From the NCBI GenBank assembly GCA_013811855.1, contig JACCUL010000103.1, positions 1-29,835 of the forward strand: a DNA stretch of 29,835 bases, written 5' to 3'. Made by a program: the position numbers and the translations under genes. The stretch comes from Acidimicrobiia bacterium (GTDB lineage: Bacteria; Actinomycetota; Acidimicrobiia; Acidimicrobiales; Ilumatobacteraceae). Shown here one piece after another: positions 24,918 through 29,835 of this stretch. Position 1 is the stretch's first letter. Each line of letters starts with the position of its first letter. The notes under the pieces were generated by a model, which made no database searches, was not told the DNA's origin, and was given only the letters and a program-made list of their open reading frames with translations.

Positions 24918-27900
24918 TCCACGCCCGCCGCCACCCCGACGGGAGCGACGGCGGCGATGGCCTCGGCCCACCGCTCGATCGGGATCTCGACCGCCGGAGC
25001 GTCGTCGCGGCAGTGCACGAGCACGCCGCCGGCGATCGGCTCGTCGAGGAGCCGACTGAGCGCCAACCCGTAGGCCGCCAGTTGGTGTCGGTACCGCCCG
25101 ATGCGGGCGGTCGCGACCGTGCCGGTGCGCCAGACGTCGGTCTTGTAGTCGACGACGACGAGGCCGTCCGGCGTGCGCACGAGCAGATCGATGTAGCCCT
25201 CCAGCACGGTGTCGCCGAGGGAGGCGACGACGAACAACTCCCGCCAGTGCTCGGCCCCCGCAGCCGCGGCCCTGACGATCGGCGCCGCCAGCGCCGACCG
25301 GGCGAGCGCCTCCACGCTGGCCTGCATCGCGAAGATGCCCTCCGCCGCGCACTGGGCGGCGGCCAGCCTAGGGATGTCGGTCCCCTCGGCGAGGTCGGCG
25401 TCCTGCAGCACGGCGTGCACAGCGCGCCCGATCGCCGTGCCGTACCGGCCGCGCTGCCACGGCGGGAGATCGAGGTCGACGGGATCCTTGTCGAGCCCTG
25501 GGTCGTCGTCGACCACGAGCGCCAGTTCTCCGCCCCCCAGACCGCCGGCCAGCCGGGTGGCGCTGGTGGCGGAGCGGACCGAGCCGGCGATGATCGCCCG
25601 CACCCGCTCCGCTTCCCACGGGCCGGCGTCCGCCCACGGCAGCTCCAGCTCCTCGGCCGGGGGATGGGGGATCGCTGACGGCTCCAGCACCCTCGTGGTG
25701 GCACCATGCCCGGCGGCACCGGCGGCGAAGAGGACGGTGGCGCTCGTGCAGGCGCCGGTGCCCTCGTCGGTCTTCTCCGGCTTACGGTGCAACGAGACCA
25801 CGAGGTGGTCGACGGCGCGGGTGCAGGCGACGTACAGCAACCGGCGCCGTTCGGCGTCGCTCATCTGCTCGTCGAGCGGCTTGAAGTCCTCGAACTGCTC
25901 GTCGTGGCGATCGACGAGGCGCCAGTCGCCGTCCGGCCAGACGACCGACATCGACTGACGGCGGGGCATCCGCGTCGTCAGCCCGGCGAGGACGGTGATT
26001 GGGAACTCCAGGCCCTTGGCGGCATGGACGGTCATCACGCGAACGGCGTCGTGGTCCCGCTCGGGCAGCACGGAGTCGCCGGCGCGCCCCTCCTTGCCCT
26101 GGAACACCACCCACCGCAGGTACCGCCGCACGCCCCGGCCACCGGCGTCGGTCCAGGCCCTCGCCTGGTCGACGACGTAGCGCACGCGACGCCAGACGTC
26201 GCGGGCGCTCGGACCGGCGAGCGCCGTCTCGACGACGCGCCGTTCCTCGACGATCGCCTCCAGCAGCTCGGCGGGCCCGGCCCGGCCGACCCGGCGGGCC
26301 AGGGACCGGACGTGGTCGATCGCCGCCGCCACCGGGTGGCCCTCCATCCCGGACGGCGTCGCCGTGAACGGCCGGAACTGGCCCCCGGACTGCCGCCAGT
26401 CGTACAGATCGACGTCGCTGCACCCGTAGAGGGGGGTGCGCAGCGTCTCGACGAGCGCCAGTTCGTCGGTCGGGTCGGCGGCCGCCCGTAGCGCCAGCAT
26501 CATCGCCCGGATCTCCGGTGCTACGTACACGACCGACGCGTTCTCGGCCCGGTACGGGACGTCGAGGTCGAACAGCGCCGCTTGCAGCATCGGCAGCGAC
26601 GTGCGAGCGGGCAGGAGGACGGTGATGTCGCCGGGTCGGCACGGTCGCAGCGCGCCGGTCTCCCGATCCGTGACCGGCCAGCCCTCGGTCAGCGCGGTCG
26701 CCACCGCCGCCGCCACGTCGGTCGCTTCGGCCTCGCGCAGCCCGTCGGCCAGGAGGTCGGTGTCGTGCTCCTCCATTCCGAGCACGGTCACCGAGCCGTG
26801 CTGGCGCGAACCGGGGCGGCACGTCGACAACGCTCGGTACTCCGGCTGGACCCTGGCCTTGGGCCGGATCGCCTGGCCGAACACGCCGTTGACCCAGTCG
26901 ATGACGGCGGCCGTCGAGCGGAAGTTGGCCGTCAACCGCTCGACGTCGGCGGCGATCAGATCCGGCGTCGACAGGTAGACGGCGATGTCGGCGCGGCGGA
27001 AGCGGTAGATCGACTGCTTCGGATCGCCGACCACGAAGAGCCGACCGGGCACGGGCCGCAGTTTCGAGGCGTCCGCGGCCTGGGCGTCGGGTGGAGCCGT
27101 GAGCCGTATCGCGATCTCGAGCTGGATCGGGTCGGTGTCCTGGAACTCGTCGAGCAACACGCGCTGGTAGCGATGGTGCAGCAGACGGCGGGCCCCCTGG
27201 TGCGTGGCCAGCAGGTGCCGCGCCAGCACCAGCAGGTCGTGGAACTCGAGCGTGCCGGCCGCCGCCCTGGTCATCGCACCGGTGAGGACGAACCGACCGG
27301 CGAGCGCGCCGACGACGAGCCGCCGGTACTCCCGCCACTGCCTGATCGGTTCGACGAGCAGGTCGTAGGCCTGCGCCTCCCGTGTGCGCAGCGCGTTGAG
27401 CGCGTTGGCACCGCCATGCGCCTTCCAGTTGAGCTGGTTGCCCACCCGTGAGACCTTGCCCAGCCGCGTCGTCAACACGTCGAGCGCCGCCAACCGCGCG
27501 CCGAGGTCGCCACCGGTCGCCAACGCCGGAAGCAACGCGGCGATGTCGTCCAACAGCTCCCGCTGGCGGTCGCCGTCGGGGACGGGCGTTTCGACGAGCT
27601 CGGTCAGCGCCGCCCGCACCGTGACGAGGCTGTCATCGGGCCGGGACGGCGGGTCGCGATCGACGCGCGCCTCGACGAGGTCCCAGTTGGCCTGGAAGTC
27701 CTCGATGATGCGCCGCAGGCCGGGGAGCCCGCCGAACGGTGGCCAGGCGAGGAGCGCGACGAGCTCGGCGGCGCTCAGCCCGGGGCCGACCTGACGTGCC
27801 GCGTCGTCGAGGAGCTGATCCTGCAGATCCTCCCAGCGCTCGTCCAGCTCGAGGTGGCTCTCCAGCTCGTCGAGCACGCTGAACCCCGGCGGCAGCCCGG

Positions 27901-28303
27901 CCTCGACGGGCAGCTCGAACAGCAGGCGGCGGGCGAAGGCGTGCACCGTGCCGATCGGAGCGCGGTCGATGACCTCCAGGGCCGACGCTCGTCGTGCCCG
28001 CTCGTCGTCGGGCGCAAGGGCCGGCTCCTCCAGGGCTACCCGGACGCGGTGGCGTAGCTCGGCGGCAGCCTTCTCGGTGAACGTGATGGCGGCGACCGCG
28101 TCCAGCGCGACGCCCTCGTCGACGAGACGGACGATGCGGCTCACCAGCGCGGTCGTCTTGCCGGCTCCGGCGCCGGCCTCGACGAACAGCGTGGCCGCGG
28201 TGTCGTCGGTGATGCGGTCCCGGTTGGCCTGGTCGGGTGGTGGCGCCGGCCCGGTCGCCACCGGCCCAACTGCGGCCAGGTCGAGCGTGAGCTGGTCACT
28301 CAC
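24905..28303 (-). CDS. AddA/AdnB-like UvrD-family helicase with C-terminal RecB-type nuclease, 1132 aa
   Basis: EAGAGAGKTT, DEFQDTD, VGDPKQSIYRFRRAD, NFRS, TVHAAKGLEF, RRLLYVACTRA; nuclease YIDLL...VVDYKT...QLAAY. Confidence 0.92.
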   Translation of the reverse strand: MSDQLTLDLAAVGPVATGPAPPPDQANRDRITDDTAATLFVEAGAGAGKTTALVSRIVRLVDEGVALDAVAAITFTEKAAAELRHRVRVALEEPALAPDDERARRASALEVIDRAPIGTVHAFARRLLFELPVEAGLPPGFSVLDELESHLELDERWEDLQDQLLDDAARQVGPGLSAAELVALLAWPPFGGLPGLRRIIEDFQANWDLVEARVDRDPPSRPDDSLVTVRAALTELVETPVPDGDRQRELLDDIAALLPALATGGDLGARLAALDVLTTRLGKVSRVGNQLNWKAHGGANALNALRTREAQAYDLLVEPIRQWREYRRLVVGALAGRFVLTGAMTRAAAGTLEFHDLLVLARHLLATHQGARRLLHHRYQRVLLDEFQDTDPIQLEIAIRLTAPPDAQAADASKLRPVPGRLFVVGDPKQSIYRFRRADIAVYLSTPDLIAADVERLTANFRSTAAVIDWVNGVFGQAIRPKARVQPEYRALSTCRPGSRQHGSVTVLGMEEHDTDLLADGLREAEATDVAAAVATALTEGWPVTDRETGALRPCRPGDITVLLPARTSLPMLQAALFDLDVPYRAENASVVYVAPEIRAMMLALRAAADPTDELALVETLRTPLYGCSDVDLYDWRQSGGQFRPFTATPSGMEGHPVAAAIDHVRSLARRVGRAGPAELLEAIVEERRVVETALAGPSARDVWRRVRYVVDQARAWTDAGGRGVRRYLRWVVFQGKEGRAGDSVLPERDHDAVRVMTVHAAKGLEFPITVLAGLTTRMPRRQSMSVVWPDGDWRLVDRHDEQFEDFKPLDEQMSDAERRRLLYVACTRAVDHLVVSLHRKPEKTDEGTGACTSATVLFAAGAAGHGATTRVLEPSAIPHPPAEELELPWADAGPWEAERVRAIIAGSVRSATSATRLAGGLGGGELALVVDDDPGLDKDPVDLDLPPWQRGRYGTAIGRAVHAVLQDADLAEGTDIPRLAAAQCAAEGIFAMQASVEALARSALAAPIVRAAAAGAEHWRELFVVASLGDTVLEGYIDLLVRTPDGLVVVDYKTDVWRTGTVATARIGRYRHQLAAYGLALSRLLDEPIAGGVLVHCRDDAPAVEIPIERWAEAIAAVAPVGVAAGVDYSG

Positions 28304-28472
28304 TGGTGGACGCTTACGTCGTGACACGGGTTCGCCGGATCCGCGACCACCGGACACCAGCGCGCGCCGCGCCGCAAAGCCGGCGCCGAAGGAGCACCGC
28401 AACGCTGGTTCGCTCGCTCGAAGATTCGCTCACTCACCGGTCGCTCGCTCGAAGACTCGCTCGCTCACTCAT
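28300..28472 (-). repeat. MIRU-like intergenic insert: two imperfect ~31-35 bp direct repeats plus a unique segment, tiled by 12-aa and 45-aa mini-ORFs
   Basis: Repeats at 28410-28436 and 28441-28471; (A/G)TGAGTGA at minus-strand 28472, 28437 and 28303; both mini-ORFs translated by hand without internal stops. Confidence 0.7.
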
Positions 28473-29833
28473 GCGGTAAGCGGCGCCTCGGTCGGGAACC
28501 AGCGCGGCAGGCGGGGATCGGCACGCGTCCGCTCCCACTCGGCGAACCGGTCGGCGGTGCCGAGCCCGTCGGGATCGCAACACGCGCAGTCGACCCAACG
28601 CTGGAAGCCGGGCGCCTTCGGCCGCGCCGGGAAGACGCCGGCGTCGATCCCGGCGACGACCTGCGCCAGGTCCGCTCGGACCTGGGCCCACGTCGTGTCG
28701 TCGAACGTGACCCCGTGGCGGGCGAACCGGCCGCGGCTGAAGAAGGCGAACTCGGCCCGCACCGGTGCCTCCGGGCGGCCGAGCAGGGCGCGTGCCGCTG
28801 CCGCGTAGACGGGCAGCTGGAAGCGGGTGCCGCCGACGGTCGGGTCGGTGGCGACCTGGTCGAGGTCCTCGACCTTGCTGGTCTTGTGGTCGGTGACGAG
28901 GAGCGTGCCGTCGGGCAGTTCGACGACTCGGTCGATGGCGCCGACGAACGCCAGGCGGCGACCGTCGGGCAGCTCGATGTCGACGGGGGTCTCGTCAGGG
29001 CCGCCGAAGTGCTGTTCGGACAACAGCAGGCGCCGGTCACCCCAGTGCTGGCGGTCGACCTCGATCCAGCGCCCCAATTCCTCGATGATCAACGGCCGGG
29101 CCGTCGCCCAGGTGGCCGCCCGCCCCGCCACGCCCCTGGCCTCCAGGTCGTCGGCGACGTCCTCGGCCAGCTCGTGGAGCAACGCCTGGTGCGCGGGCGT
29201 CCACCCGTCCGGTCCGGGTGGCGCGACGTCACCGCGAAGGACGGCCTGTTGCAGCCGGTCGATGGCGTCGTGGATGGCGCTGCCCCGCTCGAGTGCGCTG
29301 ACCGTGATGATGTCGGCCGGTTCCTCCACCTCGTACACGCCGAGCACGTGGGCGACGAAGTAGGCGTGAGGGCACTTGACCCACTGCTCGATGGCGGTCG
29401 GCGAGACCGGCCCGATGAACGGCGGGGTCGGCCGGCTGGAGAGGTCACCGTCGTACTCCGTCATGCCGACGCCGGCTCGCGCGTCGAGCATGGCGACGGC
29501 GCGGCGCAGCACGACGTCGTCATGGTGTGCCGGATGGTCGCGGATGTCACCGCCGGCGCGAGCGAGCACCCAGAGCTGGCGGGCGCGGTGCTCGGCCGCC
29601 GACACCGGGAACTCGACGGTGGCCAGGCCGTGGGCGTGGGAGTCGATGTCGCGCCTGGTGCCGATCCCGGCGATCCACCGCGACGGATGATGCAGGGACG
29701 CCGCCCGCAGGTCCCCCCGGGGCACGGTGATCGTGACCCGGGGCGTCGGCCCGACGACGGCGAGCAGGTGGTGGTGGACCAGGGCCGTGCGCTCCTCGGA
29801 CGTCGGCAGGCCGGCGGCCCGGCGCTCCGCCTC
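28469..29833 (-). CDS. AddB/AdnA-like PD-(D/E)XK nuclease subunit (5'-partial; frame is open to the window end)
   Basis: VSPTAIEQWVKCPHAYF, ERGSAIH, GAIDRV, VTDHKT, FQLPVYA; frame reads EAERRAAGLPTSEER... from 29833 without a stop. Confidence 0.88.
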   Translation of the reverse strand, partial: EAERRAAGLPTSEERTALVHHHLLAVVGPTPRVTITVPRGDLRAASLHHPSRWIAGIGTRRDIDSHAHGLATVEFPVSAAEHRARQLWVLARAGGDIRDHPAHHDDVVLRRAVAMLDARAGVGMTEYDGDLSSRPTPPFIGPVSPTAIEQWVKCPHAYFVAHVLGVYEVEEPADIITVSALERGSAIHDAIDRLQQAVLRGDVAPPGPDGWTPAHQALLHELAEDVADDLEARGVAGRAATWATARPLIIEELGRWIEVDRQHWGDRRLLLSEQHFGGPDETPVDIELPDGRRLAFVGAIDRVVELPDGTLLVTDHKTSKVEDLDQVATDPTVGGTRFQLPVYAAAARALLGRPEAPVRAEFAFFSRGRFARHGVTFDDTTWAQVRADLAQVVAGIDAGVFPARPKAPGFQRWVDCACCDPDGLGTADRFAEWERTRADPRLPRWFPTEAPLTA

Positions 29834-29835
29834 GC

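Noticed and set aside
28410-28471. Direct repeats considered as a mini CRISPR array
   Set aside because: Only two imperfect units separated by 4 nt, no spacers and no cas genes; better explained as MIRU-like.

Overview
High-GC actinobacterial chromosome segment (Acidimicrobiia-like by protein style and gene order; this is an inference). Most of it is housekeeping: infB (5'-partial), Rv2466c-like redoxin, rbfA, truB, ribF, an opposite-strand NMT1/THI5-type ABC importer, rpsO, pnp, M16 peptidase, dapB; an accessory block with an OmpR/sensor-kinase pair and two divergent paralogous exported proteins; marR-MFS; ffh, rpsP, khpA, rimM, trmD, rplS, yraN; a VOC protein, a membrane-anchored hypothetical protein, and an AddAB/AdnAB-like helicase-nuclease pair (second gene truncated by the window end). 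The most notable observations are in non-coding DNA. (1) A MIRU-like repeat insert between the two helicase-nuclease genes is fully tiled by two mini-ORFs chained by ATGA/GTGA overlaps. (2) Four TCAG-N7-TCAG boxes, three of them 10-11 nt upstream of a CANNNT -10 hexamer, predict a self-contained regulon for the two-component system. (3) ffh has an in-frame TAG at codon 33, just downstream of an odd (TAGC)n tract. (4) A dispersed REP-like palindrome family is present. No tRNA, rRNA, CRISPR array, integrase or transposase was seen. Start codons were refined by eye and are not experimentally verified.
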